Below, in pieces: positions 21,079 to 29,506 of a stretch of 64,000 nucleotides of DNA (positions are counted from its first letter, which is position 1; each line of letters opens with the position of its first letter). A model generated the notes under the pieces. It worked only from the letters and a program-made list of their open reading frames with translations, was not told where the DNA came from and ran no database searches. Both the position numbers and the translations under genes were made by a program. The DNA lies in NCBI GenBank assembly GCA_963701295.1, contig OY969585.1:1216001-1280000 (forward strand). The letters run 5' to 3'. The DNA comes from Ignavibacteriota bacterium (GTDB lineage Bacteria > Bacteroidota > Ignavibacteria > UBA10030).

Positions 21079-21456
21079 ATGAAGAAATTGATGTTTGTTC
21101 TTGTATTTGCCATCGCGGTCGTCACTTCGCAAACAATGATTCCCCAGGAAAAGCCAGTGGAGAAAAAGGGCGAGAAAACTAGTGAGAAAGAAATAAAAGG
21201 TGCAAAAAAGGTGAAATGTAAACACGAGGAAGGCAAGGGAAAGAAATCGTGTAAAAAGAAATGCGAAAAAGAATGCAAAATGAAATGCTGCAATAAGTGT
21301 ACTGGAGAAAAATGTGATGGAAAGTGCTGTGCTAAGTGTGCAGAATGCAAGAAAGAGTACAAAAGGAAGTGCGAAAAGGACAGCATCGAATGCGTCACGA
21401 AGCATGAAATGAAGAAAGCTGAAAAGAAAGAAGTGAATATCGAAGAAAAGAAGTAA
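21079..21456 (+). CDS. Exported Lys/Glu/Cys-rich small protein
   Basis: AAGGAG SD, MKK + hydrophobic signal peptide, 14 Cys in CC and CxxC/CxxxC spacings, followed by a terminator. Confidence 0.8.
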   Translation: MKKLMFVLVFAIAVVTSQTMIPQEKPVEKKGEKTSEKEIKGAKKVKCKHEEGKGKKSCKKKCEKECKMKCCNKCTGEKCDGKCCAKCAECKKEYKRKCEKDSIECVTKHEMKKAEKKEVNIEEKK

Positions 21457-21481
21457 CGGTCGGTAATATTGGTAACAAAAA

Positions 21482-21514
21482 AAAAGCCGTCTCGATTTGA
21501 TCAAGACAGCTTTT
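21482..21514 (+). terminator. Intrinsic terminator-like hairpin, possibly bidirectional
   Basis: AAAAGCcGTCTcGAT-ttg-ATCaAGACaGCTTTT imperfect stem flanked by A and T tracts. Confidence 0.6.
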
Positions 21515-21526
21515 GTATTGTACGGT

Positions 21527-21555
21527 TTGAATATCGCCATACTTTTCTGTAGTTT
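21527..21555 (+). promoter_or_regulatory. sigma70-type promoter for the candidate 6S-like RNA / mfd
   Basis: TTGAAT (21527-21532), 17 bp spacer, TAGTTT (21550-21555). Confidence 0.5.
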
Positions 21556-21561
21556 GTCATT

Positions 21562-21665
21562 GACCCTGATTGTCCGGAAATTCCGTGATAGTTGGGGTAA
21601 AGTATTTTCTGGAAGAGTTGTCAACAGGCAGCTCCTTGATGGATGTTAACCTGAACAATCGAGTC
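21562..21665 (+). ncRNA. Candidate short 6S RNA (6S-Flavo-like)
   Basis: Ends pair (GAC..GATTGTCCGG with CTGAACAATC..GTC); apical hairpin GAGTTGTC-AACA-GGCAGCTC; large central bubble; begins 7 nt after a -10 box. Confidence 0.5.
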
Positions 21666-21673
21666 CGTGTCGT

Positions 21674-24600
21674 GTGATTGAAACCATCCAAAGGAAAATC
21701 GTAGAAAGCGAACCGTTCAGAAAACTGACGACAGCGATAGAATCGCTACATCCTGGTACTCCGATTCAGGTGCATGGCATCAGCGGTTCATTGATGGCGT
21801 TTGTAACGGTGCATCTCTTCGAATCTTGTCAGACTCAAATGCTTCTTGTCGTTCCTCATAAAGATCGCGCTGAACAACTCCGCGATGATTGTGCACTTCT
21901 TCTTGGAGAGTCGCCTGTGCATATCTTTGCTTCGGGTCCCGCCCATGCAGCCAAGCTGCTTGATATGAGCGCACCTATTGCGCAGATGGAAGCACTCCGT
22001 GCTTTATCACGTTCCGAACGTGTGCTTATTATTGCTTCAGCTGAAGCATTGACAATCCAGCTCCCAGCACCGAAACGATTTACCGAACGCTCCATTGAAT
22101 TGGAAATCAAAAAGGAATATCCATTCGAGCACTTAATTCAGAAACTTATAGGGTTTGGCTTCGAGAAAAAGGATTTCGTCGAGGAATACGGCGACTTCGC
22201 AGTGCGCGGCGGTATTCTGGACATTTTTCCTTTTGTCGGGGATAATCCGATCCGCTTCGAATTCTGGGGCGATTCGATTGAATCCATCCGCGAGTTTGAT
22301 GTGCTTTCCCAGCGCTCCATCCGCGAGCTGCAAACGGCAAGTGTGGTAGCACACCTCACTTCTGATGTTGCTGATGAAAAGGAATCTCGAGTTTCATTCT
22401 TCGATTATCTTTCCCATGACGCGCTCATCTTTCTTGACGAGCCGTTGATGATTGAAAAAGAAATCGATGAGCTTTTTCAAGAAGGGTATTCGGATCTTCT
22501 TGATTGGAAAACACTGGAAATACAAGCACACTCCTTCATACGTTTACATCATTCTCATATTCGAAATTTTCAGAGTGCGTTGTCTATTGATTTTCAAAGC
22601 CATCCTCAGCCGGCATTAGGCGGCAGCGTTAAGAGACTTGTTGAGCATATTCGGAAATCCTCTGGTCAAGACTGCGATGTCTATCTCGCGTGCGATACAA
22701 GGGAAGAGAGTGAACGTCTCAGCGAATTGATCGATGAAGAACTGACAGCACCGGATGAATCGGGAATCATCCCGCAAACGGCGCGGGACGCTGAAGAACG
22801 CGGAGATCAAAAATCACCCGATCGCCATTTAGGCGTGGATTCTGGAAATCAGGAACGAGAAAATATTGATGAAATGGATTGGGATTCCGGGAAATACGAA
22901 AGTCGGGATGAAGACGATATTCATCAAATCTCAAACTTTCTCACTCCAATACAATATACTTTCCTTCTTGAGGCCATCCACTCGGGATTTATTTATCCCC
23001 CTGCAAAGATTACAATTTTCACCGAGCATGAAATCTTTGGCAGATTGAAACGGCGGGGAACAACAAAACGGAAAAAGTTCAAGGGATTCACACAAAAGGA
23101 ACTCCAGCAGCTCAAGCGGGGCGACTTTGTTGTGCATCAAGATTATGGTATCGGGCAATTTGCTGGATTGCAGAAGATTAAAGTGCGCGGTGTCGAAACG
23201 GAAGTGATGAAGCTTGTGTACGAAGAAAACGATACTCTCTATGTTCATCTCAATTTTATTTATCGTGTGGAAAAATATTCCTCGCAGGAAGGTCATACAC
23301 CGAAGCTCAACAAACTTGGCGGCGCAGATTGGGACAGACTGAAGTCCAAAGCGCGGAAGAAAATCAAAGATATCGCCCGCGATCTCATCAAACTGTACGC
23401 ACGGCGCAAGCACGAGCAGGGATTTTCATTTGCTCCCGACACGCACTGGCAAAAGGAAATGGAAGCATCGTTCCTCTATGAAGATACACCTGATCAAGCA
23501 AAATCAACGCTCAATGTGAAACAAGATATGGAGCAAGGATCGCCAATGGACCGGTTGATTTGCGGAGATGTCGGATTCGGCAAAACGGAAGTTGCTGTAC
23601 GGGCGGCATTCAAAGCAGTAATGAACGGCAAGCAAGTTGCTGTGCTTGTGCCGACAACAATTCTTGCACACCAGCACTTCAACACGTTTCTCGATCGCAT
23701 TGGGCGGTATTCGGTACGAGTAGAATCTCTTACGCGTTTCCGCGCAAAGAAAGAACAAACAGAGGTTTTGCAAGGACTCCAAGAGGGTAAAGTGGATATT
23801 TTGATTGGCACGCATCGTTTATTATCAAAAGATGTTGTGTTCAAAGATCTTGGCTTGCTCATCATCGATGAAGAACAGCGATTCGGTGTAGCGGCAAAAG
23901 AAAAATTGCGCCAGCTTCGGGCAAGTGTAGACACTCTTACTTTGACAGCAACTCCAATTCCACGGACATTGCAGTTTTCGCTGATGGGCGCACGTGATCT
24001 GTCGCTCATCAATACACCTCCCAGAAATAGAATTCCCATTCAAACGGAAATAGCGCAATTTGATCCCCAACTTATCCGTGAAGCTATCATGAAAGAACTG
24101 TATCGCGGCGGACAAGTGTACTTCGTGCATGATCGTGTTCAAAATATCGGAATCATCCAGTCGATGTTAGAAGAACATGTTCCAAAAGCTCGCTTCCATA
24201 TTGCACATGGACAGATGAAGGGACATGAATTGGAAAAGGCGATGATGGATTTTCTGGAAAGAAAGTATGATGTTCTTCTTTGTACAAAAATTATCGAATC
24301 CGGCATCGATATTCCCAGCGTGAACACGATCATCATCAATCGAGCAGACCGGTTTGGATTAGCAGAGTTGTATCAATTACGCGGTCGTGTGGGCAGATCC
24401 AATATTCAGGCATATGCATATCTTCTTACTCCACCGCTCTCCGTACTGCCGCGGATAACACTGCGGCGTTTGCAGGCAATTCAGGAGTTTACCGAGCTTG
24501 GTTCTGGATTCAATCTTGCTATGCGCGATCTTGAAATTCGCGGCGCGGGCAATCTTCTCGGCGGCGAGCAGTCCGGATTTATTTTGGAAATGGGTTTTGA

Positions 24601-25177
24601 GATGTACCAGCGCGTGGTAGAAGAAGCGGTTGTTGAGTTGAAGGAAGAGGAATTTGGAGAATTGGCCGAAGGGGAAAAGGAAGAAGGGAAACGAAAGAAA
24701 ACGGAGACAGTCATTGAAACCGATATCGAAGCGCTTATTCCGGATATTTACATTGAGCACGATTCTGAACGGCTGGACATCTACCGCCGGTTGTACCGGT
24801 GCGTTTCGCATGAAGAAGTCCATTCTATGCGGGGGGAATTACAGGATAGGTTCGGCGAGTATCCGGAGGAAGTAGAACATTTATTCCGGCTGGTTGAGTT
24901 GAAAATAACAGCGGCAAGAATTGGTTTTGTGAAGGTTGAATTAAGCGGTGAACTCCTCTCGCTTCATTTCCCTCCGCCGGAAGAAAAAGGATTTTATGAA
25001 GGCGATGAAGCGCCATTTCAGAAAATCACGGGGCGTATTCACAAGATGAAACAGTTCCAACCGCATCTCAAGCAGGACGGTAAGCAGTTGAAGCTTATAG
25101 CGCGAATCAAATTCTGCGATGAACCCAAAAACCGGCTTGCGGAAATATATTCTTTCTTACAAAGGCTTGAACAGTAA
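21674..25177 (+). CDS. mfd: Transcription-repair coupling factor
   Basis: UvrB-like FAVRGGILDIF, CarD/RID VVHQDYGIG, GDVGFGKTEVA, DEEQRFG, TATPIPRTL, QLRGRVGR, TRCF C-terminus. Confidence 0.97.
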   Translation: MIETIQRKIVESEPFRKLTTAIESLHPGTPIQVHGISGSLMAFVTVHLFESCQTQMLLVVPHKDRAEQLRDDCALLLGESPVHIFASGPAHAAKLLDMSAPIAQMEALRALSRSERVLIIASAEALTIQLPAPKRFTERSIELEIKKEYPFEHLIQKLIGFGFEKKDFVEEYGDFAVRGGILDIFPFVGDNPIRFEFWGDSIESIREFDVLSQRSIRELQTASVVAHLTSDVADEKESRVSFFDYLSHDALIFLDEPLMIEKEIDELFQEGYSDLLDWKTLEIQAHSFIRLHHSHIRNFQSALSIDFQSHPQPALGGSVKRLVEHIRKSSGQDCDVYLACDTREESERLSELIDEELTAPDESGIIPQTARDAEERGDQKSPDRHLGVDSGNQERENIDEMDWDSGKYESRDEDDIHQISNFLTPIQYTFLLEAIHSGFIYPPAKITIFTEHEIFGRLKRRGTTKRKKFKGFTQKELQQLKRGDFVVHQDYGIGQFAGLQKIKVRGVETEVMKLVYEENDTLYVHLNFIYRVEKYSSQEGHTPKLNKLGGADWDRLKSKARKKIKDIARDLIKLYARRKHEQGFSFAPDTHWQKEMEASFLYEDTPDQAKSTLNVKQDMEQGSPMDRLICGDVGFGKTEVAVRAAFKAVMNGKQVAVLVPTTILAHQHFNTFLDRIGRYSVRVESLTRFRAKKEQTEVLQGLQEGKVDILIGTHRLLSKDVVFKDLGLLIIDEEQRFGVAAKEKLRQLRASVDTLTLTATPIPRTLQFSLMGARDLSLINTPPRNRIPIQTEIAQFDPQLIREAIMKELYRGGQVYFVHDRVQNIGIIQSMLEEHVPKARFHIAHGQMKGHELEKAMMDFLERKYDVLLCTKIIESGIDIPSVNTIIINRADRFGLAELYQLRGRVGRSNIQAYAYLLTPPLSVLPRITLRRLQAIQEFTELGSGFNLAMRDLEIRGAGNLLGGEQSGFILEMGFEMYQRVVEEAVVELKEEEFGELAEGEKEEGKRKKTETVIETDIEALIPDIYIEHDSERLDIYRRLYRCVSHEEVHSMRGELQDRFGEYPEEVEHLFRLVELKITAARIGFVKVELSGELLSLHFPPPEEKGFYEGDEAPFQKITGRIHKMKQFQPHLKQDGKQLKLIARIKFCDEPKNRLAEIYSFLQRLEQ

Positions 25178-25185
25178 ACTGCCGG

Positions 25186-26055
25186 ATGCCTGTGCTACTC
25201 ACACAATCAAAAAATCAAAAATTTAATAAATTTACCATCAGCACTCTTCCTGCGACACCGGGAGTCTATCTTTTCTATGGTGAAGAAGATGTCTTGATGT
25301 ATGTTGGAAAAAGTAAAACCATCCGTGCGCGTGTGCGCTCACATTTCGCTGCCAAAGATGAACGCTGGTTGTCGAAACGTATCCGACGCATCGAAACTCG
25401 CGAAACCGCCGGTGAACTTGGCGCGCTTCTTCTGGAATCCAGGCTCATTAAAGAACTTCGCCCGATGTATAATGTCCGTTCGCGGCAACCGCGGCGCATT
25501 ATTGTTGCGCGACGCGTAGACAACGAACAAGGATACGCGACGGTAAAATTGGAAGCGGTCGATTATCTTGATCTCAAACCGGAAGCACCTATCCTTGGTA
25601 TCTTTAAACATAAAACACAGGCGAAGGAATTTCTCGACACAATTTCCAAAACTCACCGGCTGTGCTCAAAGCTGCTGCGGCTGGAAACATCGCGTGGGTG
25701 CTGTTTTCCGTATCATCTTGGACTATGCGATGGAGCATGTATTGGTGAGGAAGACCCGGCAGCATACAATGCGCGTGTGGATGCGGCATTTGAGGCACGC
25801 CGTATTATCGCCTGGCCGTTTGACGGTCCTGTCACTATTGAGGAAATCTCGAAGAATAAAAAACTTCGCGAAGTATTTGTGATCGATAATTGGTGCCTGA
25901 TCGGAGCTGATAAAAAAAATAGCAGTAACGGACAAAGTAGCAGTCCATCTACTCCACACCGCTTCGATTATGACAGCTATAAACTTCTCTATAGTTACAT
26001 AATGGAAGAAGGGAACAAAGTGAAGATGCAAAAAAGAGATGCGTCAATCCCTTGA
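25186..26055 (+). CDS. GIY-YIG nuclease, UvrC/Cho-like
   Basis: LPATPGVYLFY...YVGKSKTIRARVRSHF, ALLLESRLIKELRPMYN, Cys cluster C..CF.YHLGLCDGACIG. Confidence 0.85.
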   Translation: MPVLLTQSKNQKFNKFTISTLPATPGVYLFYGEEDVLMYVGKSKTIRARVRSHFAAKDERWLSKRIRRIETRETAGELGALLLESRLIKELRPMYNVRSRQPRRIIVARRVDNEQGYATVKLEAVDYLDLKPEAPILGIFKHKTQAKEFLDTISKTHRLCSKLLRLETSRGCCFPYHLGLCDGACIGEEDPAAYNARVDAAFEARRIIAWPFDGPVTIEEISKNKKLREVFVIDNWCLIGADKKNSSNGQSSSPSTPHRFDYDSYKLLYSYIMEEGNKVKMQKRDASIP

Positions 26056-26102
26056 GAGTCTTTTCTGAAGAACTGATTTCAATCACTCTTTGTTACACTT
26101 AT

Positions 26103-26765
26103 ATGAAAATAAGTACACCGGCACTGCTAATAAACCGAAGCAAATTTTATAGAATTGCTTTGGGGCTTGCAGTTTTTACTATCCTCTATAATATAGCCGA
26201 AGGGCTCGTGTCTATGTATTTCGGTTATCAGAATGAAAGTCTCGTATTGTTTGGTTTTGGTGCCGATAGTTTCATCGAAGTTCTTTCAGGATTCGGCATT
26301 GCGCATATGGTGCTGCGTATTCAGAGAAAACCGCAGAGCAATCGTGATGATTTCGAGCGGACCGCATTGATGGTGACCGGATATGCATTTTATATGTTGG
26401 TTCTCGGACTTACTGCAACAAGTATGTACAACCTTTGGATAGGGCGTAAACCCGAAACAACTCTATGGGGAGTGATTATTGCACTGATCTCTATTGCGGT
26501 GATGTGGGTTCTTGTGATAAGAAAAAGAAAAGTCGGCATGCAGTTGAATTCTGCCGCCATACTCGCAGATGTTGAATGCACAAAGGTTTGCATCTACATG
26601 TCTCTCATATTACTTCTTTCGAGCGGCGTCTATGAACTGACACGATTTGCGTTTGTAGATATTCTCGGAACTCTTGGGCTTGCCTACCTGTCGTTTAAAG
26701 AAGGACGTGAATGTTTTAAAAAGGCAGAAGGGAACAACCATTGCTCCTGCAAAGATGGACAGTAG
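26103..26765 (+). CDS. Cation-efflux (CDF-like) membrane protein lacking the cytoplasmic CTD
   Basis: YNIAEG, FGFGADSFIE, SAAILAD, KEGRE motifs; ~6 TM helices; Cys/His tail HCSC. Confidence 0.75.
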   Translation: MKISTPALLINRSKFYRIALGLAVFTILYNIAEGLVSMYFGYQNESLVLFGFGADSFIEVLSGFGIAHMVLRIQRKPQSNRDDFERTALMVTGYAFYMLVLGLTATSMYNLWIGRKPETTLWGVIIALISIAVMWVLVIRKRKVGMQLNSAAILADVECTKVCIYMSLILLLSSGVYELTRFAFVDILGTLGLAYLSFKEGRECFKKAEGNNHCSCKDGQ

Positions 26766-26965
26766 CCGTCCAAAAAAGTAAAGTATTGTCACTCCCGCCT
26801 GCCAAAACGAAGCGACGGGCAAGCGTACGCAAAAATCTCATTATAAATAATAAAAATACATATGTCAAAGGTATCTCAGGAACCTATTTACACCCCGTGA
26901 TGTTATATATACAGAGAACAGAGAATTCTCCTTACTATTGAAAACTTTTCATAAGGAGGTGAAAG

Positions 26966-27604
26966 ATGAAAATTGCAACCGTAGTGATTGTCGTAGCACT
27001 ATTATTTGTTACCGCACCAGTCCCGGGTATTTCACAGACTCTGCATGTTGTCATTGCCTCGGTGGGTATGACGTTTACTCCTGCCGACCTGACGATCAAT
27101 GTGGGAGATACAGTACGATGGGAAAATCAAGGTGGTGGATTCCACAATGTTGTGGCGGATGATGGGAGTTTTACAAATGGACCGGCTTCAACCTTCGCTT
27201 GGACATATGTGAGAGTATTTACATCCGTCGGAAATTTTCGATACTATTGTGCCATACACGGCGCTCCCGGCGGTGTAGGAATGTCGGGCATTATACGAGT
27301 AATTTCTTCAACTGGCATCAATGATAATGCTGTCCAACCCGATCGATTTCTCGTGGAACAAAATTATCCAAATCCGTTCAATCCCACAACGACAATACGA
27401 TATACTCTCTCGCAAAGCGGTCTTGTGACTGTGAAAGTATTCAATATCCTCGGTGAAGAACTGGCAACCCTTGCCAATGGAAAAGAATCGGTAGGCTCCC
27501 ATGAAATACAATTTAATGTAGCAAGTCTACCGAGCGGAATCTATTTCTATAGAGTACAAGACGGGAATGTTACTCAAACGAAGAAGATGTTGTTGTTGAA
27601 ATGA
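26966..27604 (+). CDS. Secreted cupredoxin (plastocyanin-like) with T9SS/Por-type C-terminal sorting domain
   Basis: AAGGAGG SD; signal peptide; FTPADLTINVGDTVRW, HNV, YYCAIH...GM type-1 Cu ligands; QNYPNPFNP...LPSGIYFY...KKMLLLK tail. Confidence 0.88.
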   Translation: MKIATVVIVVALLFVTAPVPGISQTLHVVIASVGMTFTPADLTINVGDTVRWENQGGGFHNVVADDGSFTNGPASTFAWTYVRVFTSVGNFRYYCAIHGAPGGVGMSGIIRVISSTGINDNAVQPDRFLVEQNYPNPFNPTTTIRYTLSQSGLVTVKVFNILGEELATLANGKESVGSHEIQFNVASLPSGIYFYRVQDGNVTQTKKMLLLK

Positions 27605-27634
27605 TTTTTTAATACAGTGGTGTATTAAAGAATA

Positions 27635-27665
27635 AAAAAGCTCGCAATATTGATGTGAGCTTTTT
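27635..27665 (+). terminator. Intrinsic terminator
   Basis: AAAAAGCTCGCA-loop-TGTGAGCTTTTT. Confidence 0.8.
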
Positions 27666-27966
27666 ATTTATTGTTCTTTCCTGTCTACGCACCCCCATCT
27701 CGCCGAGGCGCACGCCTTCACCTAACACATATAAAAATAAATTGTAATTTAACAATAAAAAACCACGGGCTTATGCTAGTTGTTTACACGAGAATGTCTG
27801 CGTAACTTTAATTATCACGCTTCGCGTGATAAACATTATGACGCGGCTATGCGAAAAAGTTAGTTGTAGCACCCATAGAAATAGAAATAGTGCAGTCAAT
27901 TCTACAAATAGCGTTTCGTAATTATGTCAAGAAACTACGTATATTTATTTATCCGAGGATGCTCCT

Positions 27967-28638
27967 ATGTCGATGAGTCGAGACAAAAATCTGATAATTT
28001 CATATTTAACAATGCGAAGAATAATAGGTATTCTAGGAATAACCCTGCCTATTGTAGTTGTCGTAGGAGGATTTATACAAAATGGGTTTGCTATCCAAGG
28101 GTCAATAAGCGGTTATTATTATACAAACATGCGAGATTTTTTTGTTGGATTACTTTGCGGAGCTTCCCTGTTTCTCATATCATATAAAGGATATCAGAAA
28201 ATTGATGATCTAGTTGGAAACTTGAGCGGAATATTTGCTTTAGGAATAGTTATCTTCCCGACTTCACTGTACTCCGGGAAAGTTGTTCAGGTAGGAATGT
28301 TTCTTATCGATGATACTATTTCCGGATATATCCATTTAATTTTTAGCGCATTATTTTTTCTTTCATTGTCATTCAATTCGATGTTCCTCTTTACAAGGCG
28401 CGGCCCTGGCGTTTTGGGTAAGGAAAAAAAGCGAAGAAATATGATATATCGTTTTTGCGGGATCATCATGACCGTTACAATAACATGTGCAATTATTTAT
28501 ACATTATTTCTAAGAAAAACGGTTATTTCAAAAATATACCCGGTGATAATATTAGAAACTATTGCATTACTAGCGTTCGGTGTTTCTTGGTTGATAAAAG
28601 GACATACATTATTTAAGGATAAGAGTATTGAATATTGA
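27967..28638 (+). CDS. Multi-pass membrane protein (DUF998-like)
   Basis: ISYLTMRRIIG, SISGYYYT, YKGY, IH motif, AFGVSWLIKG; ~7 TM helices; AT-rich. Confidence 0.7.
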   Translation: MSMSRDKNLIISYLTMRRIIGILGITLPIVVVVGGFIQNGFAIQGSISGYYYTNMRDFFVGLLCGASLFLISYKGYQKIDDLVGNLSGIFALGIVIFPTSLYSGKVVQVGMFLIDDTISGYIHLIFSALFFLSLSFNSMFLFTRRGPGVLGKEKKRRNMIYRFCGIIMTVTITCAIIYTLFLRKTVISKIYPVIILETIALLAFGVSWLIKGHTLFKDKSIEY

Positions 28639-28737
28639 TTGTTCGAAGAGTGGGTTGTGCGTCTCGCCGCTTTACCACATGTGCTTGGTCCTGTTGGGCT
28701 CATAAAATACCGCACAAGTAATCTTGAGACATCATTG

Positions 28738-28890
28738 CTCATTGTGGTCATTGAATTCCCGACAGCAGAAAAAGCAAAGGAGTTTTACAATTCTCATGAA
28801 TACCGGCAAGCAAAAGAACTTCGGAAAAATGCAGCCATCGGTGAGATTATTGTTGTCGAGTGTGTACTGAATCCGGGAGCTAATCGCTAA
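28738..28890 (+). pseudogene. DUF1330 family C-terminal remnant
   Basis: IVVIEFPTAEKAKEFYNSHEYRQAKELR..AA.GEIIVVE resembles the C-terminal half; N-terminal half not seen. Confidence 0.6.
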
Positions 28891-29179
28891 CTAAAAAAAG
28901 GGAAAGATTCTCAACAACCAAAAATTAAAAGATTATTATTGTACTGGTATGTTGGGAGAAAACTCCTAGTACCACCATAGTTCTTCAAAGCTCTCTTGTG
29001 GAAGAAGGGATAAGTTGTTACTAAATCTTCTGTCAGGATTTATGCACCGACACCAAAGTCAAAACAAAAGACAGTTATTTAATAACAACATAGCGGCAAC
29101 TTCCGACGGCAAAAACATCATTTCCCCGCAGAAACACTCCTCAATCTCAGGTTTGGATTAAAATTTTTCTGCTTAACTC

Positions 29180-29208
29180 TTGACAAACTCAAAAGATTTT
29201 CGTATGGT
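29180..29208 (+). promoter_or_regulatory. sigma70 promoter of the ilv/leu/thr cluster
   Basis: TTGACA (29180-29185), 17 bp spacer, TATGGT (29203-29208). Confidence 0.75.
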
Positions 29209-29235
29209 GTAATAGAATTTATTTACTGAAATACA

Positions 29236-29388
29236 GTGAAACAGAACAACCATAGAACCTCTTTTACATCAACTAACACAGTCGGAAAAAACATCCGGCC
29301 AACGGTTCTTCTGTCCACACTGGGCAATTTACCGCTGACTCTTATTCTTAGCCTCCTGCTTGTACTTAGCCTTATTATTGTAGGCTGA
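29236..29388 (+). CDS. Putative attenuation leader peptide (50 aa, Leu/Ile/Val/Thr-rich)
   Basis: GTG...TGA = MKQNNHRTSFTSTNTVGKNIRPTVLLSTLGNLPLTLILSLLLVLSLIIVG; lies between promoter and ilvD. Confidence 0.75.
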   Translation: MKQNNHRTSFTSTNTVGKNIRPTVLLSTLGNLPLTLILSLLLVLSLIIVG

Positions 29389-29393
29389 GGAAG

Positions 29394-29483
29394 GCCAGAG
29401 GCGACGAAGCACACCGAAATCGGTACCCCACAAATTCAGGTTTTGCAGCGTTCACCTCTGGCAGAGGAAAAAAGTGTTTTTTT
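29394..29483 (+). promoter_or_regulatory. Attenuator with alternative antiterminator/terminator pairings
   Basis: GCCAGAGG (29394-29401) complements CCTCTGGC (29455-29462), which overlaps hairpin CCTCT-GGC-AGAGG upstream of a T7 tract. Confidence 0.6.
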
Positions 29484-29506
29484 AATCTGTCTGAAAGGAA
29501 TGAACT

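Noticed and set aside
21060-21624. Minus-strand Phe/His/Leu-rich ORFs (112 and 186 aa)
   Set aside because: These are antisense shadows of the A-rich Cys/Lys gene, which has the SD, signal peptide and terminator
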